Assembly (NCBI GenBank): GCA_963718615.1
Contig: OY970368.1
Span: 3,520,001 to 3,584,000, forward strand
Direction of reading: 5' to 3'
Source of the DNA: an uncultured cyanobacterium
GTDB taxonomy: Bacteria > Cyanobacteriota > Cyanobacteriia > PCC-9006 > JAAUQQ01
Length of the DNA stretch: 64,000 nucleotides
Below are positions 38,301 to 49,140 of the stretch, one piece after another. Below the pieces are notes generated by a model. The model saw nothing but the letters and a program-made list of their open reading frames with translations, had not been told where the DNA came from and ran no database searches. The position numbers and the translations under genes are program-made. How positions within the stretch are numbered: position 1 is the first letter of the stretch; each line of letters starts with the position of its first letter.

Positions 38301-38529
38301 CCGCTACCAGGGGCTGCGACAGGCTATGGAGCAGCGCTTCCAGCACCGCCACTGCCGCTGGGCACACGGAGCCCTCTAGGAGCAAATGCAACGTATTCCC
38401 CCGCTGCTGGGTCTTCACCTTCAAATCGGTAGAGACACCTGCCTGCTCCAACTGGTTAAAAAACCAGCGAGCCGTAAACAACGAGGCTTGGGTGCGGGAG
38501 ACAGGCTTGGACAGGGTAGACTGGGCCAT
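35305..38529 (-). CDS. Cyanobacterial membrane protein with C-terminal SGNH-like (DUF1574-like) domain
   Basis: Repeated N-terminal modules (RG..LH..., RVYGR...P.W), one TM, then ILGSSRA, NFSINGSTA, FSDPSHLN. Confidence 0.7.
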   Translation of the reverse strand: MAQSTLSKPVSRTQASLFTARWFFNQLEQAGVSTDLKVKTQQRGNTLHLLLEGSVCPAAVAVLEALLHSLSQPLVAGRLKLSTPPIYRVLVYGRSRGDRHAQWSQPLDPQQLDQVKHWLKQQRQTQQQAQVQHPIPHKAQPQNSAQPGSDPESLTAAALLASPFAPLAKALETPSSIPTPPERTPPEQIPAAHTPTAQTAKGVGSLRLSSRNRAQQGEPEAIARYLSEMLSDLGISVRVAVKSASSDGAVSLGDAQRLWVLCESSYSLDPAIVADWVVTHLRSLDLDGFQDAAVFSQVRGEPQPDWALRIDLTPKQELLRQWARWGDGEAIERLLEPVLQDLGGTVTVQAKQKALQIFCRATTQTPLDSNQVRGAIAPVLEELAPQGLHAATIYGCEGSGVEKPAVGDRHQWVEWLALPGADHPELAEPTLELAERGDLAAATFLLSRVLNADLDRQLQTGGIRVQLLRRGDLLHVMCDAPLCPRRKTVGRPIAKYIRQLRLPKVSGVRIYGRRAGQVQPRWQYGRDFVPRQTDGGDAVPQFAVTEARGHDLLTQDGAEIGAERSPWPMTRSLAGSGQGVGFGLKSFVENSRQLLLKTQLFAPAASLLPPLEDAAVPDPSRPGWFSPGKVALIWASLGLLAAVSTDLVGGQTLHHLTGTDPAVIDLAANPDALGDALLQKSETGSAFSSTKFTQGSLRAAQTQQVLALQREYPSFNNSLFDEKLALYRQRVMTEGPPDILILGSSRALRGIDPSTLAAGLTKLGHPDLKIFNFSINGSTAQVVELQLLLLLDPDYRPGLVLWADGARAFNSGRSDATYEAIQDSPAFRKLEKGKLPALFGEGVANQLRLAPEADGPKLSWLTQRFNSQDLDDWLDEQMGGLSSVHGQRDRIQEALSARFARSLSDLQKNAGLGPFNHAEMVPDAPEGEGIIDFDGFMSLSVRFNPATYYQRYSRVSGAYDGDYQDFRLDGGQMSALENIVQITRSQNIPLVFVNLPLTTDYLDPVRSRYERLFQRHMFQRMTQQQLTFRDLSQLWPDAFGNFSDPSHLNRYGARDVSNHLAEDPMIPWPQLVRN

Positions 38530-38705
38530 TGCGTAAGGGCGACGCAGTACAGAATAGGAAAAACTGCTTTTAACACCGCACAGGCGGCAGCGAAAGCGCG
38601 TTAAGCGTACCGTAAAATCAAGAGTAAATCACGTTTTGCAAGGATGTACCACAAGAAGGTCCGTCTACGGCAACATTTTTTCATTTCATTCCCCCTTTCC
38701 TCACC

Positions 38706-39014
38706 ATGGTTTCCGCCTCTCCCTTTGTCTCCCCTCCCCGTGAGCCCAATTCAGCAGACCACCCATCCTCCGGGATTTCTGCCTCGGGTCTGTCCCTCGT
38801 CCTGGGCATGGCGACGGCTCCGCTATTGGCCAGTTTGGTGGCAACCCGCTGGTGGATGACCTGGGTTGAACAAGTGGGCGACGCCAGCATAGAAATTTTT
38901 CGGGGCGATCGCCTCCCGCTCCTCAAGCAATCCAGCCCCAATTCCGCTGCTGTTTCCCCCAACTCTTCCCCCACTGTTCCTGCTGTACAGGTGACCCCGT
39001 CCACCATCCTCTAA
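38706..39014 (+). CDS. Small conserved hypothetical protein upstream of ppc
   Basis: LGMATAPLL...EQVGDASIEIFRGDRLPLL resembles a cyanobacterial small protein I recall occurring before ppc. Confidence 0.6.
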   Translation: MVSASPFVSPPREPNSADHPSSGISASGLSLVLGMATAPLLASLVATRWWMTWVEQVGDASIEIFRGDRLPLLKQSSPNSAAVSPNSSPTVPAVQVTPSTIL

Positions 39015-39050
39015 AATTCAGGTAGTACAGCCGGATCGAGCACCCCTCTA

Positions 39051-42000
39051 ATGAGTCCCAGTTTGCAATCCTCCGACGACGCCTCCCAGAGCAATACACT
39101 TTTAGACCCTTACCCAGAGAATACAGTGACCCTTTCCGTGACTTCTCCGGCGGATCTTGCCCTCAGACACCGGATCAAAATCGTTGAAGATCTCTGGGAA
39201 TCTGTTTTGGCGCAGGAGTGTGGACCGGACCTGGTAGCGATTCTGACGCGATTGCGCAAGCTTTGTTCTCCTGAGGGCCAAGCGCCCAAGGCCGTGGAAC
39301 ATGAGCTGCTGCATGTGGTCGAAAATCTGGACCTAGACAATGCCATTCGAGCGGCTCGGGCCTTCGCGCTGTATTTTCAGCTCATTAATATTGTCGAGCA
39401 GCACTACGAACAGCAGCAGTATCGAGCAGCTTACGAAAGCGCCAACTCCGGGGAGAGTGAAGCGCCCGGTTCGATCTTGGAACGGTTTTATCCCCTGGGA
39501 CAGGCAGCTCCGGGGGAATCGGAAACCGACTGGTTAGATGACAACAATGCCGTTGACCCCACGCCAGCTCCTCCCCCAGAAACCTTCAAAACGCTCTTCC
39601 CCAAGCTCCAAACCCTCAATGTTCCCCCGCAGCAAATTCAAGATTTGCTCGATAAGCTCGACATCCGCTTGGTCTTTACGGCCCACCCCACCGAAATCGT
39701 GCGACACACCATTCGCGATAAGCAGCGACGCATCGTGGGGATTTTGCGCAAACTCGATCGCATCGAACAGGGCAATGAAGCCGTTGCCCTCGGCAAAACC
39801 TGGGAAGTAGACATGCTGCGACGACGGATGACCGAAGAAATTCGGCTCTGGTGGCGCACGGATGAACTACACCAGTTCAAGCCTACGGTCCTAGATGAAG
39901 TTGACTACGCGTTGCACTACTTCCAAGAAGTTCTGTTTGATGTCATTCCCCAGCTCTATCAGCGCTGTCAGGATTCGCTCAAAACCCTTCCTCAAAACCT
40001 TCTGCCCCCGCGCCGCAACTTTTGCCGATTTGGCTCCTGGGTCGGGTCCGATCGCGATGGTAACCCCTCCGTCACCCCCCAGGTCACCTGGCAGACCGCC
40101 TGCTATCAGCGCAGCATTGTCTTACAGCGCTACATCACCGCCATTACCCAACTGCAAAATCTGCTGAGCCAATCCCTCCACTGGAGCGAGGTTCTGCCGG
40201 AACTGCTGGAATCCCTAGAGCAGGAACAGGCTCAAATGCCAGAAGTGTATGAGCAACTGGCAATCCGCTATCGGCAAGAGCCCTATCGCCTCAAACTGGC
40301 CTATATCAAGCAGCGCTTGCAGAATACCCTAGAGCGCAACGCACGGCTCCAGGTGGTGGATATCTTAGACCAGGACTTGCCGGAGCGTCGTCCGGGGATG
40401 GTTTACCATTCAGGCCAAGAGTTTTTGGCAGAAGTGCAGCTTATTCAGCGCAGCATCAAAGAAACGGGGCTGAGCTGTTACGAATTGGATAGCTTGATCT
40501 GTCAGGTAGAAATTTTTGGTTTCAATCTGGCAATGCTCGATATCCGTCAGGAAAGTACCCGTCACTCGGATGCCATTACCGAAATTACCGAATATCTGCA
40601 AATCTTGCCCAAGCGCTACGACGATATGAGCGAAGCCGAGCGCACGCAATGGTTGGTGACGGAACTCTCCAATCGGCGGCCTTTGGCTCCTGCGGAACTG
40701 CCCTTTTCTCAAGGCACCCGCGAAACGCTCGAAACCTTTCGAGTTGTCCGCAATCTGCAGCAGGAATTTGACCCGGAGGCCTGTCAAACCTACATCATCA
40801 GCATGAGCCGGGATGTCAGCGATGTACTGGAGGTGTTGCTCCTCTCCCAGGAAGCCGGTCTCTATGACCCTGTTACCGGAAAAGGCGGTTTGCAGATTGT
40901 GCCGCTGTTTGAGACGGTGGAAGACTTGCGCCGAGCACCGCAGGTAATGGAGGCGCTGTTCTCGCTGCCCCTGTACAAGGCATTATTAGATGGAGGACGG
41001 GCATCTGATATCCCCGTTGAGGGGCAAGTGTTGCCTCTACAAGAGGTCATGCTGGGCTATTCAGACAGCAATAAGGACTCAGGTTTTCTCAGCAGCAACT
41101 GGGAAATCCATAAGGCTCAAAAGGCTTTGAAGGCAGTGGCAACGCGCCACGGTGTTGCATTGCGTATTTTCCATGGTCGGGGGGGCTCGGTCGGTCGGGG
41201 GGGCGGTCCAGCCTATGAAGCCATTTTGGCCCAGCCCAGCCATAGTATTGATGGCCGAATCAAAATCACCGAGCAAGGCGAAGTTTTGGCGTCTAAATAT
41301 TCCTTGCCGGAGCTGGCGCTCTATAACTTGGAAACCATTACCACCGCAGTGATTCAGTCGAGTATTTTGAGCAGTGGCTTTGATGATATTCAGCCCTGGA
41401 ATAGCATTATGGAAGATCTCGCGGTGAAGTCGCGAACCCATTATCGAGCGCTGATTTATGAACAGCCGGATTTGCTAGATTTCTTTCATCAAGTGACGCC
41501 GATTGAAGAGATTAGCCAATTACAAATTAGTTCCCGTCCCGCAAGACGCAAATCAGGTAAAAAGGACTTAAGCAGTTTGCGGGCTATTCCTTGGGTGTTT
41601 AGCTGGACCCAGAGCCGATTTTTGCTGCCCTCTTGGTATGGCGTTGGCAGTGCGCTGCAGAGTTTTGTCGATGAACGTCCGGAACATAATCTGCGGCTGC
41701 TACGCTATTTCTATGCTAAATGGCCGTTTTTTAAGATGGTTATTTCCAAAGTAGAAATGACGTTAGCCAAGGTGGATCTACAAATTGCGGCTCACTATAT
41801 GAAGGAGTTGGGACATCCGGAGGATCGCGATCGCCTCCAACGGGTGTTTGACCAAATTGCAGAGGAGTACCACCTAACGCGTGGCTTGATTCTCAAGATT
41901 GCACGCCATGGCAAGCTCCTGGATGGTGACCCGAATTTGCAGCGTTCGGTGCAGTTGCGCAACGGCACGATCGTACCACTGGGCTTTTTGCAGGTGTCGT

Positions 42001-42137
42001 TGCTGAAACGGTTGCGGCAGCACCAGGCCCAAAATCGCACGGGGATCTCGCGATCGCGCTACAGCAAAGGTGAGCTCTTGCGGGGGGCACTGCTCACCAT
42101 CAATGGCATTGCTGCGGGAATGCGGAATACGGGTTGA
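39051..42137 (+). CDS. ppc: Phosphoenolpyruvate carboxylase
   Basis: [54 protein letters not shown]. Confidence 0.98.
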   Translation: MSPSLQSSDDASQSNTLLDPYPENTVTLSVTSPADLALRHRIKIVEDLWESVLAQECGPDLVAILTRLRKLCSPEGQAPKAVEHELLHVVENLDLDNAIRAARAFALYFQLINIVEQHYEQQQYRAAYESANSGESEAPGSILERFYPLGQAAPGESETDWLDDNNAVDPTPAPPPETFKTLFPKLQTLNVPPQQIQDLLDKLDIRLVFTAHPTEIVRHTIRDKQRRIVGILRKLDRIEQGNEAVALGKTWEVDMLRRRMTEEIRLWWRTDELHQFKPTVLDEVDYALHYFQEVLFDVIPQLYQRCQDSLKTLPQNLLPPRRNFCRFGSWVGSDRDGNPSVTPQVTWQTACYQRSIVLQRYITAITQLQNLLSQSLHWSEVLPELLESLEQEQAQMPEVYEQLAIRYRQEPYRLKLAYIKQRLQNTLERNARLQVVDILDQDLPERRPGMVYHSGQEFLAEVQLIQRSIKETGLSCYELDSLICQVEIFGFNLAMLDIRQESTRHSDAITEITEYLQILPKRYDDMSEAERTQWLVTELSNRRPLAPAELPFSQGTRETLETFRVVRNLQQEFDPEACQTYIISMSRDVSDVLEVLLLSQEAGLYDPVTGKGGLQIVPLFETVEDLRRAPQVMEALFSLPLYKALLDGGRASDIPVEGQVLPLQEVMLGYSDSNKDSGFLSSNWEIHKAQKALKAVATRHGVALRIFHGRGGSVGRGGGPAYEAILAQPSHSIDGRIKITEQGEVLASKYSLPELALYNLETITTAVIQSSILSSGFDDIQPWNSIMEDLAVKSRTHYRALIYEQPDLLDFFHQVTPIEEISQLQISSRPARRKSGKKDLSSLRAIPWVFSWTQSRFLLPSWYGVGSALQSFVDERPEHNLRLLRYFYAKWPFFKMVISKVEMTLAKVDLQIAAHYMKELGHPEDRDRLQRVFDQIAEEYHLTRGLILKIARHGKLLDGDPNLQRSVQLRNGTIVPLGFLQVSLLKRLRQHQAQNRTGISRSRYSKGELLRGALLTINGIAAGMRNTG

Positions 42138-42186
42138 GATCCTCAGAATTGCTCCAGGATGGGTCCAGATTGCTCCAGAGTCGATC

Positions 42187-42846
42187 CTAAAATTGGTAGC
42201 GGCGATCGCCCAACCACAGCGCCACCGGAATTGCCTTGCCTGACCGATCTACTTTGGCTTCTAATTTAACGTCGCCAATATCGCTCCGCTGAAGCTCTTG
42301 AATGGTGTCGTTGATCTCGTTGCGGCGATCTTCGGGCATATAGTATTGCTCTAGGTTGTAGAGAATGCGATCGCCGTCACTGGTGGCCCGTAGTGCGATT
42401 TGGTCAGGGGAGAGATCCTGGGGGCGATCGCGCTCCAAACGAACCGGCTGCCAAACGGTAGGAGATTGTTCGGCGGAGAGATCAATCTTGCCACTCGGGG
42501 CATTAAGAACGACGTAAACGGCTTGGGTCTGAGGGCGATCGCGCCAGCCCTCGGGGTTTTCGGCGGCTTGAACTTGCTGTTGGATGAGGTCATATCCCGG
42601 CAGTTTTTCAAAGGTTTCAGGGTCAGAAATTTTGTACAGCAGAGTTTGAGAATGGCCTCGAAAAATGTCGTAGGGATCCACGGCCATGGTTTCGAGCACA
42701 ATGCTTTGGCCTGCCACTGCAACGTAGGCATTTCGTAGAGGAACAGGCAAGATCAACAGCAGTTGTAACATCAAAGGAAACCAAAACCGCCAGCTTGGAA
42801 TGGGCGATCGCTGGGGTGGGGACGAAGTGGGAATGGAAACAGTCAT
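42187..42846 (-). CDS. GDYXXLXY domain membrane-anchored protein
   Basis: N-terminal TM, VDPYDIFRGHSQTLLY variant, LEQYYMPE; downstream of a DUF2157 gene as usual. Confidence 0.8.
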   Translation of the reverse strand: MTVSIPTSSPPQRSPIPSWRFWFPLMLQLLLILPVPLRNAYVAVAGQSIVLETMAVDPYDIFRGHSQTLLYKISDPETFEKLPGYDLIQQQVQAAENPEGWRDRPQTQAVYVVLNAPSGKIDLSAEQSPTVWQPVRLERDRPQDLSPDQIALRATSDGDRILYNLEQYYMPEDRRNEINDTIQELQRSDIGDVKLEAKVDRSGKAIPVALWLGDRRYQF

Positions 42847-42878
42847 AATGAAAAATCCCGATGAAACATCCTTAATTG

Positions 42879-44390
42879 TTACGAAGCAATGGCAGAGCCT
42901 AAAGAATCCGGTAAGGGTGGACGCTGGGCTTTGCGCTCGAACCCAATGCCTGCAATTAAAACGCCAATGCCACAGAGAACAAACACCAATGCCTTGAGCA
43001 TTAAGCCCGTATCGTACTCAAACATGCGGGTGAGAATATCCACAACCAGCAACACCATACCGCCCCAAAAACAACTGCGATTGCCTCCGGCTAGACCATC
43101 TCGGATGAGGGCGATCGCCATCAATCCCAATAAAATATTGAGGATCCAAGGACCCACCAGGGGCAGCGGTACAAAAACTTGATGAACCAGATACAGCGCC
43201 ACAGGAATCGTAATCAGAAGCGCCACCATACCGCTATTGAGCGCCCGCAGTTGGAAGCGCCGAAATCCCGGAAACTGACGCATCAGCGACATCCAGCCCA
43301 GCTTCGCGACAACGAGCAAGAGAGGTGCTTGCAGCAAAATAGGCCAGAGATTGCGTAGACCATTGGCAGTCCCAGAGTCATTCCCTAGGGGAGGTCGCCA
43401 AAGACCATGAAACGCAAATCCATAGAGATTAATGCCTAACAAAATTAATGCAATGACCCGTGAAATTTGTCGAAATGAATGATTGAGAGCGAAGGGCAAA
43501 TCAGTGCTAGAACCGTCTAGAAATGGAGGATGTTGAACGGGGGAGATTTGGCCTTCAGGACGAGAAGAACGGCGATCGCGCCAAACCCCAGTCAGTTGCC
43601 AAGACTGACGATCATAGACCCAAAGCAAGGCCGGACACAAAAAGATAAAACTCCCCACAAACCAGTTTGGTAAGAGATAGCCATTGCCCAGGAGATTGCT
43701 GTTAAAGCTCATCACCAGCGCGATCGCCCCCAGCCCAAACAACACCCGCGATCGACACCAGTAGGCCAAGGGCAAAAACAGCCCAATCAACACCAGCGGC
43801 ATGAATTGAACGATCGCAGCCCAAAAGCCCTCATGGGAGCCATAGCCCCAAAAGCCATTGAACCCACTGCCGTAGCCGCAGACCAACAAAATCAGCGACA
43901 GAATCGCCAATGACGTTAACCGCAGCCCGTAGGCCATTAGCGCAACGCAAAATCCCCAAACCAGAAACAAAACGTAAACCGGTCCCGACTGGTGAAACAT
44001 CTGGGGGAGCAAACCCAGATTGGCCCCGAGGATGAGCATAGAGAGGAGTAACAGCGCGTGCCCCCAGCGGCTGGGACTGGTGCGAGGCGATCGCCAGAGA
44101 TAAAACCCTGTTACCCCGGTGCCGATAAAGCCGCCCAGCAACACCGCTACCTTGAAAAGCCGCGTCCAGCCCTGCCAGTTCGCCGCCACAAAGGTAATGA
44201 CCCCTAGCCCCAGGAGCACCGCTCCGAGACCGAGCAAAATCATGATAAAGCTGTTGCTGGCCTCCTGCTCTAAGCCCGCAATCCGGTACCGTTGGGCCAG
44301 GGCCTCATAGACCGTTGTATCAATCAAGCCATCCTTGCGCCACTGGTCCATTTCCTGGCGCAATTGGCGACGAAACTTATCCGCAGCCAT
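42879..44390 (-). CDS. DUF2157 domain membrane protein
   Basis: QWRKDGLID, LGAVLLGLGVITFVAANWQ, GANLGLL.QMFH. Confidence 0.85.
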   Translation of the reverse strand: MAADKFRRQLRQEMDQWRKDGLIDTTVYEALAQRYRIAGLEQEASNSFIMILLGLGAVLLGLGVITFVAANWQGWTRLFKVAVLLGGFIGTGVTGFYLWRSPRTSPSRWGHALLLLSMLILGANLGLLPQMFHQSGPVYVLFLVWGFCVALMAYGLRLTSLAILSLILLVCGYGSGFNGFWGYGSHEGFWAAIVQFMPLVLIGLFLPLAYWCRSRVLFGLGAIALVMSFNSNLLGNGYLLPNWFVGSFIFLCPALLWVYDRQSWQLTGVWRDRRSSRPEGQISPVQHPPFLDGSSTDLPFALNHSFRQISRVIALILLGINLYGFAFHGLWRPPLGNDSGTANGLRNLWPILLQAPLLLVVAKLGWMSLMRQFPGFRRFQLRALNSGMVALLITIPVALYLVHQVFVPLPLVGPWILNILLGLMAIALIRDGLAGGNRSCFWGGMVLLVVDILTRMFEYDTGLMLKALVFVLCGIGVLIAGIGFERKAQRPPLPDSLGSAIAS

Positions 44391-44536
44391 AATTCCCCGA
44401 GATCCGTAGATCGATCGACAGAGTCTCCTTTCACCTTGCCATAGCCGTTTGCAAAACCGCTCTGTTTGAGTAGACAGTTTTACAATTGCCTGTTGAGGGG
44501 GACGGGGTTTATGGTTTGGATCTTTTGGATATCTTT

Positions 44537-44908
44537 ATGGCTTTGTTTCCGCAAACGGCTTGTCTGGCGATCGCCACGGCTAATTTTGACGAAATGGTCA
44601 ATTTTTATCAAGCCTTGCTGGGGCAAACGCCTTTGCCGTTTCAGGGCGATCGCTATGCCGAGTTTCAGCTTCCCGGTTTGCGTCTAGCCCTATTTCGCCC
44701 CAAGCCTGACCACCAGGCTGAATTTTCTAGCCCAGCTCAAAGTCCTCTCAGTCTTTGTCTCACGGTAACGGATTTAGCGGCAGCGCGGGAGGTGTTGGTG
44801 GCGTTGGGGGCTGGGGTGGGAGAAGGGGCGATCGCCTCCCACGGCCAAGAGTTTTATGCCTATGATCCCCAAGGGAATCGTTTAATTGTGTATCAACCCT
44901 GCCCCTAA
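44537..44908 (+). CDS. VOC/glyoxalase family protein
   Basis: FYQALLG, YAEFQLPGLRL, SHGQEFYAYDPQGNRL. Likely start ATG 44537. Confidence 0.85.
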   Translation: MALFPQTACLAIATANFDEMVNFYQALLGQTPLPFQGDRYAEFQLPGLRLALFRPKPDHQAEFSSPAQSPLSLCLTVTDLAAAREVLVALGAGVGEGAIASHGQEFYAYDPQGNRLIVYQPCP

Positions 44909-44956
44909 GGGAGAGGCGTCCTCAGATAATGCAAGTATTGAATTATTGCCTTCAGG

Positions 44957-45685
44957 ATGGCTGTAGCCATGGCCTATTCGTCTTCTGCGCCTGACTCGAC
45001 GCCAGCTTCGGCTTCTTCCCCATTGCCCTTCCCTTGGCCACCGCAGTGGAAGTCAGAAGAGGTTGAGGCGGTTTTGAATCCCCTTTTGAATCCCCTTTTG
45101 AACCCCCAAGAATGGGCGCAGCAATGGCCAGGGGCTCAAGAAATCCTGGCGCTGCGTCAGGTTCATGCCCTAGAACATGCCACCGTTTGGGTGTTGAGCA
45201 ATCATCCAGAGGTGTTGGGCTATGCCTCAGCCTCTAGAGTAGGCCAGCGCACGGTTATCCCCTTGCAAGACGATGGTCGCCTCAGTGGACTGTCTACCCA
45301 CTATGGTTTTTATCTCTACGGCCCTGTCAGTACCGCCCGCATTAAATGGGCGGCCAATGCGGCACTGGACCGGCTGCTAGCGGGTGATGTTCACCTAGCT
45401 CAGCATCCTCGCTGTGGCACAAACTTGCTAGTGCATCTGCTGGTAACCACAGGGCTGGCAGTAGGGGTATCAAGCCTCATGCCCAAGCGACCGCTAGAGC
45501 AATGGGCGGGATTGGGGTTAGCCGCTGCCGCCGCCAAGCTCTTGACGCCAGACCTCGGCCACTGGTGCCAGGAGCACCTGACGACGGCTCTCCCTGAGAA
45601 TCTGAGGATCATTCAGGTGAGCGAAACGCTAGATTTTTGGGGCAAGCCCGCTCACTTTGTGCGCACCCAGTGGTTAAACTCGTGA
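44957..45685 (+). CDS. DUF6391-like protein
   Basis: RQVHALEHATVW, GFYLYG, LAQHPRCGTN. Confidence 0.7.
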   Translation: MAVAMAYSSSAPDSTPASASSPLPFPWPPQWKSEEVEAVLNPLLNPLLNPQEWAQQWPGAQEILALRQVHALEHATVWVLSNHPEVLGYASASRVGQRTVIPLQDDGRLSGLSTHYGFYLYGPVSTARIKWAANAALDRLLAGDVHLAQHPRCGTNLLVHLLVTTGLAVGVSSLMPKRPLEQWAGLGLAAAAAKLLTPDLGHWCQEHLTTALPENLRIIQVSETLDFWGKPAHFVRTQWLNS

Positions 45686-45712
45686 GGGACTCGTTAGCAA
45701 ACGCCAAAGACT

Positions 45713-46597
45713 GTGCCGGAATTACCAGAAGTTGAAACGGTCCGCCTGGGTCTTAATCAGGTGACCTGTGGCCCGAAAATTGTGGGGGGTGAGGTTTTGC
45801 TGGGTCGGACCATCGCCTTTCCCCCAGAGGCCACAGGCTTTATTCCAGGATTAATGGGTTGCGTGATCCATAACTGGGAACGGCGGGGCAAATATTTGCT
45901 TGCAGAACTGCGTAAAGCGGATGCGCTCACAACTCTAGCGTCCGGCGGCTGGTGGGGCGTGCATCTGCGTATGACGGGGCAGCTCCTCTGGGTCTCCCCC
46001 CAAGAGCCCGTGCACAAGCATACGCGGGTGCGGGTTTGGTTCCAGGACCCGGCCCAGGCCCAGTTTGAACTGAGGTTTGTGGATACGCGCACCTTTGGCC
46101 AAATGTGGTGGGTACCGCCCACCCAAGCGCGGGAAACGGTGGTGACGGGATTGCAAAAGTTAGGGCCGGAGCCATTTTCTGAGGACTTTTCGGTGGGGTA
46201 TTTGCGCGATCGCCTCAAACTCACCCATCGCCCGATCAAAAACGCCCTGCTCGACCAACGCCTCGTTGCCGGAGTGGGCAATATCTATGCCGATGAATCC
46301 CTGTTCCTCAGCGGAATTCGTCCGACCTGCCCGAGCGATCGCCTCAGCGCGGCCAAGGTAGCCAAACTACGCGAAGCCATCATCCAGGTTCTACGGGACA
46401 GCATCGGTGCAGGCGGTACCACCTTTAGCGATTTCCGCAGCGTTGAGGGGATCAATGGCAACTACGGAGCGGCGGCTTGGGTGTATAACCGCACGGGAGA
46501 GCCCTGTCGAACCTGTGGAAGTTTGATTGAGCGCACCAAGCTAGCAGGGCGATCGGCCCATTTTTGTCCAAGCTGTCAAAACATCGGCGCTCCGTGA
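45713..46597 (+). CDS. mutM: Formamidopyrimidine-DNA glycosylase
   Basis: PELPEVE N-terminus, HLRMTG, GVGNIYADE (H2TH), C-terminal CxxC...CxxC zinc finger. Confidence 0.97.
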   Translation: MPELPEVETVRLGLNQVTCGPKIVGGEVLLGRTIAFPPEATGFIPGLMGCVIHNWERRGKYLLAELRKADALTTLASGGWWGVHLRMTGQLLWVSPQEPVHKHTRVRVWFQDPAQAQFELRFVDTRTFGQMWWVPPTQARETVVTGLQKLGPEPFSEDFSVGYLRDRLKLTHRPIKNALLDQRLVAGVGNIYADESLFLSGIRPTCPSDRLSAAKVAKLREAIIQVLRDSIGAGGTTFSDFRSVEGINGNYGAAAWVYNRTGEPCRTCGSLIERTKLAGRSAHFCPSCQNIGAP

Positions 46598-46621
46598 CGG
46601 GATCTCGGCGTTATCTCGGCC

Positions 46622-47104
46622 TTAGGAGTATTCCTCCAGCTCTGGCAATCCCATCGGCAACACCATGGCCTTAATGCCATTCGGATCTTCCTCAAAATCC
46701 GATCGCCGCAGCAGAGCTTGATTCTCTAGAGTTGCGAAAATAGACAAAGCACATTGGGATAGGCCGCGCTTGGTTTCCTGTTTGAACCGCTCCAAAATTT
46801 GTCGCTTCACCGCCTCAGGATTATTCAGCGTCGGCATCGCTATAAAATCTAGGATCGCGATATTGAACACCCCATCTCCACTGGCTCGGGCGAAGCCAAT
46901 GAGGGTGCGATCGCTAATCGTTCGAGCCGTCACGCAAAACAGTGAGTGCTGAAGAGCAACTTGAAGCTTCGTCAACTCCCGCGCAGGCAGCCCCGCCTGT
47001 ACCCAAAATTGATTGAGTTCTGCGGGATCTATGTGAGACTCCACGGCGATGCGGATGCGGGGCGATCGCTTCGAGAAAAACGACTGAGACAAGACAGTGG
47101 CCAT
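46622..47104 (-). CDS. GNAT N-acetyltransferase, Ycf52-like (degenerate)
   Basis: IDPAELN, ALQHSL, LIGFARASGDGVFN, EDPNGIKAM; motif A is degenerate. Confidence 0.7.
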   Translation of the reverse strand: MATVLSQSFFSKRSPRIRIAVESHIDPAELNQFWVQAGLPARELTKLQVALQHSLFCVTARTISDRTLIGFARASGDGVFNIAILDFIAMPTLNNPEAVKRQILERFKQETKRGLSQCALSIFATLENQALLRRSDFEEDPNGIKAMVLPMGLPELEEYS

Positions 47105-47231
47105 GGATCAATCAATCGGATAGCTCAAATCTAACTCCCGAAGGACGGGGCGGCAACAGGGCTGGGCCTACAGAGGGATGGGAAATAACCGTCAATCCGC
47201 TTGAATAGGGGCTACAGGCAACCTGCACAGT

Positions 47232-47296
47232 AAAAACTGGCTAAAAACTGGCTAAAAACTGACTGGTTCAAAACCAACTGGTTCAAAACCGACTGC
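47232..47296. repeat. 11-bp and 15-bp tandem repeats in a divergent intergenic region
   Basis: aaaaactggct x2, then actggttcaaaacc x2. Confidence 0.7.
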
Positions 47297-47356
47297 AAGA
47301 CAAGCCCCCTATGTTTGCATCTATCAGAATTCGATCTTTCTAGAGGCACTTTATCC

Positions 47357-47962
47357 ATGACTTCTTCTAATTATCCCACTGACCCTGGCACGGCTCAATA
47401 CCCCGTCGAAAAAGGGGTTCCCGTTACGACCGTCGCTGAGGGGGAAGCCGAGCTGCTATACCGTCGTGTTAATGCCCTACAGGATCGCTACAACACGCTG
47501 ATGGCGTTGTCGATAGGGACTCTCGTTGCCGTTTTGGGTCTGCTGGGATGGAGCGTTTATCAGTCCATCCAGCAGTCCAAGATTGCAGAACGGCAAGCTG
47601 CAATCATTTCAGCCACCTCTGATTCGGTTGATTTTGCACGACTGCAATCCTTGGATGAGAATCTGCAACAGCTAGAACAGCGGGTGCCTGAGGGTTTGAG
47701 TACTCAACTTTCCCAGACCCAAGCATCGGTGAATACCCTTTCGGGACAAGTTGAACAACTCCGAACCAATAGTCAAAATGCTGACGCCTTAACCACTGAT
47801 ATTACGCAACTGAATGAACGGGTTGCTAATTTGCAAACTCAGTTGAATCAAATGTCGACCAGTGCGCCCTCCAGCGCTCCGACTACCCCCCCGCCGTCTG
47901 CGGCAACGAACAGCCCAGCACCAAACGCTGCGACCTCGCCCAGCCCTACGGCGACCCCTTAA
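47357..47962 (+). CDS. Hypothetical single-TM coiled-coil protein with Pro/Ser/Thr tail
   Basis: TM LMALSIGTLVAVLGLLGWSVY, heptad-rich region; likely start ATG 47357. Confidence 0.65.
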   Translation: MTSSNYPTDPGTAQYPVEKGVPVTTVAEGEAELLYRRVNALQDRYNTLMALSIGTLVAVLGLLGWSVYQSIQQSKIAERQAAIISATSDSVDFARLQSLDENLQQLEQRVPEGLSTQLSQTQASVNTLSGQVEQLRTNSQNADALTTDITQLNERVANLQTQLNQMSTSAPSSAPTTPPPSAATNSPAPNAATSPSPTATP

Positions 47963-48024
47963 AATCGTCCATAGTCTTGAGCTAGGTAGGAACATGGCAG
48001 TGCCATGTTCCTACTGCCTGTTAC

Positions 48025-48894
48025 CTATGAACCGAGGGGTTCAATATAGTCCACCGCGACCCAGCGAGCCTCGCCGATTTTGGCCCAGAACAAATTGCCC
48101 GCTGCCTGGAGCTCTCCGGTCAAACACACCTCAGTCTCATTGGCTAGAATCTCTACAATCTCGCCATTAGGTGCGCTGCGGGCATTGAGTCCTAGGGGCG
48201 ATCGCACTCTCCCTCTTTTTGTGGTAGGAGTACAGGGAATATTTCCTGTCCCTTCCACTTGATTTGGACTTCCTGGTGTTGGATTATTTCCATTGGTCTG
48301 CACTAACCAGGCCGTCGCGACCCATCCTTGAGCCACCCGAATCCATTCCTCCCGAGTTTCCAAAACCGTTAACGGCGTGCCATTGGCAAAACTGCCAATC
48401 ACGGCTCCCCTCGGCGCATTGCGCAGATAGAGATCTCCCCCGTTGGTATTGACCCGCACCGCTGTCCCCGGCGGCCAGCCGCCGCCGCTGCCGCCCTGCT
48501 GACAATCTAACAGGGGATTCAAGCCGAGAGCGCTGAGCGTACCCGACTCCACAATGCCGTTGGCGGTGAGGCGTCGATCCTGTTGGAACCGAACCACGGC
48601 AAACTCCGTCTTGCCCCCAAAGAGACCATCGACCGGTCCGACGGCATAGCCTCGATTGACCAGAGCCGTTTGGAGATTGCGAATCGTGCTGGCAGGGCAA
48701 GCTTCGGTCCGACGTATGACGGCTTCTGCCACACCGGGGTCGATCAGAGTTGAGGTTGCAACCATGCTCGTCAGCACCACGGTCGTTGCGACGGATTGGC
48801 CTAAGGTTTCGAGAGATGTTTCAAAAGACTGGAGCGGTAATTCAGCTAAATCCGGACGATCCTGTGCGATCGCCGCAATGGCAAGGCTTTCCAT
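48025..48894 (-). CDS. PG-binding domain plus two SH3b-like domains
   Basis: LQTALVNRGYAVGPVDGLFGGKTE.AV..FQ...L.ANGIV; LYLRNAP...W...GWV and LNARSAP...W....WVAVDYI. Confidence 0.8.
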   Translation of the reverse strand: MESLAIAAIAQDRPDLAELPLQSFETSLETLGQSVATTVVLTSMVATSTLIDPGVAEAVIRRTEACPASTIRNLQTALVNRGYAVGPVDGLFGGKTEFAVVRFQQDRRLTANGIVESGTLSALGLNPLLDCQQGGSGGGWPPGTAVRVNTNGGDLYLRNAPRGAVIGSFANGTPLTVLETREEWIRVAQGWVATAWLVQTNGNNPTPGSPNQVEGTGNIPCTPTTKRGRVRSPLGLNARSAPNGEIVEILANETEVCLTGELQAAGNLFWAKIGEARWVAVDYIEPLGS

Positions 48895-49140
48895 AGCATG
48901 ATAACCCTTGAATGACTCAATAAAAGCATCCGCGTTCTCAGAGCTTAGAACGCGACCAAGCAGATTGCAGGGAAAGCACAGACATAGGGAGAGTAACGTT
49001 CAATACTCGATGTCTTGCTAATTCTCACCCTATCGTTTTTTTCTCTAGAACGACAAGCGAACGATAGAAAACGACAAAAATTTAAAACTTGACGCCGGTA
49101 AATACTCTGGAAGTAGGATAGTAGCAACTTGCGTGTATGA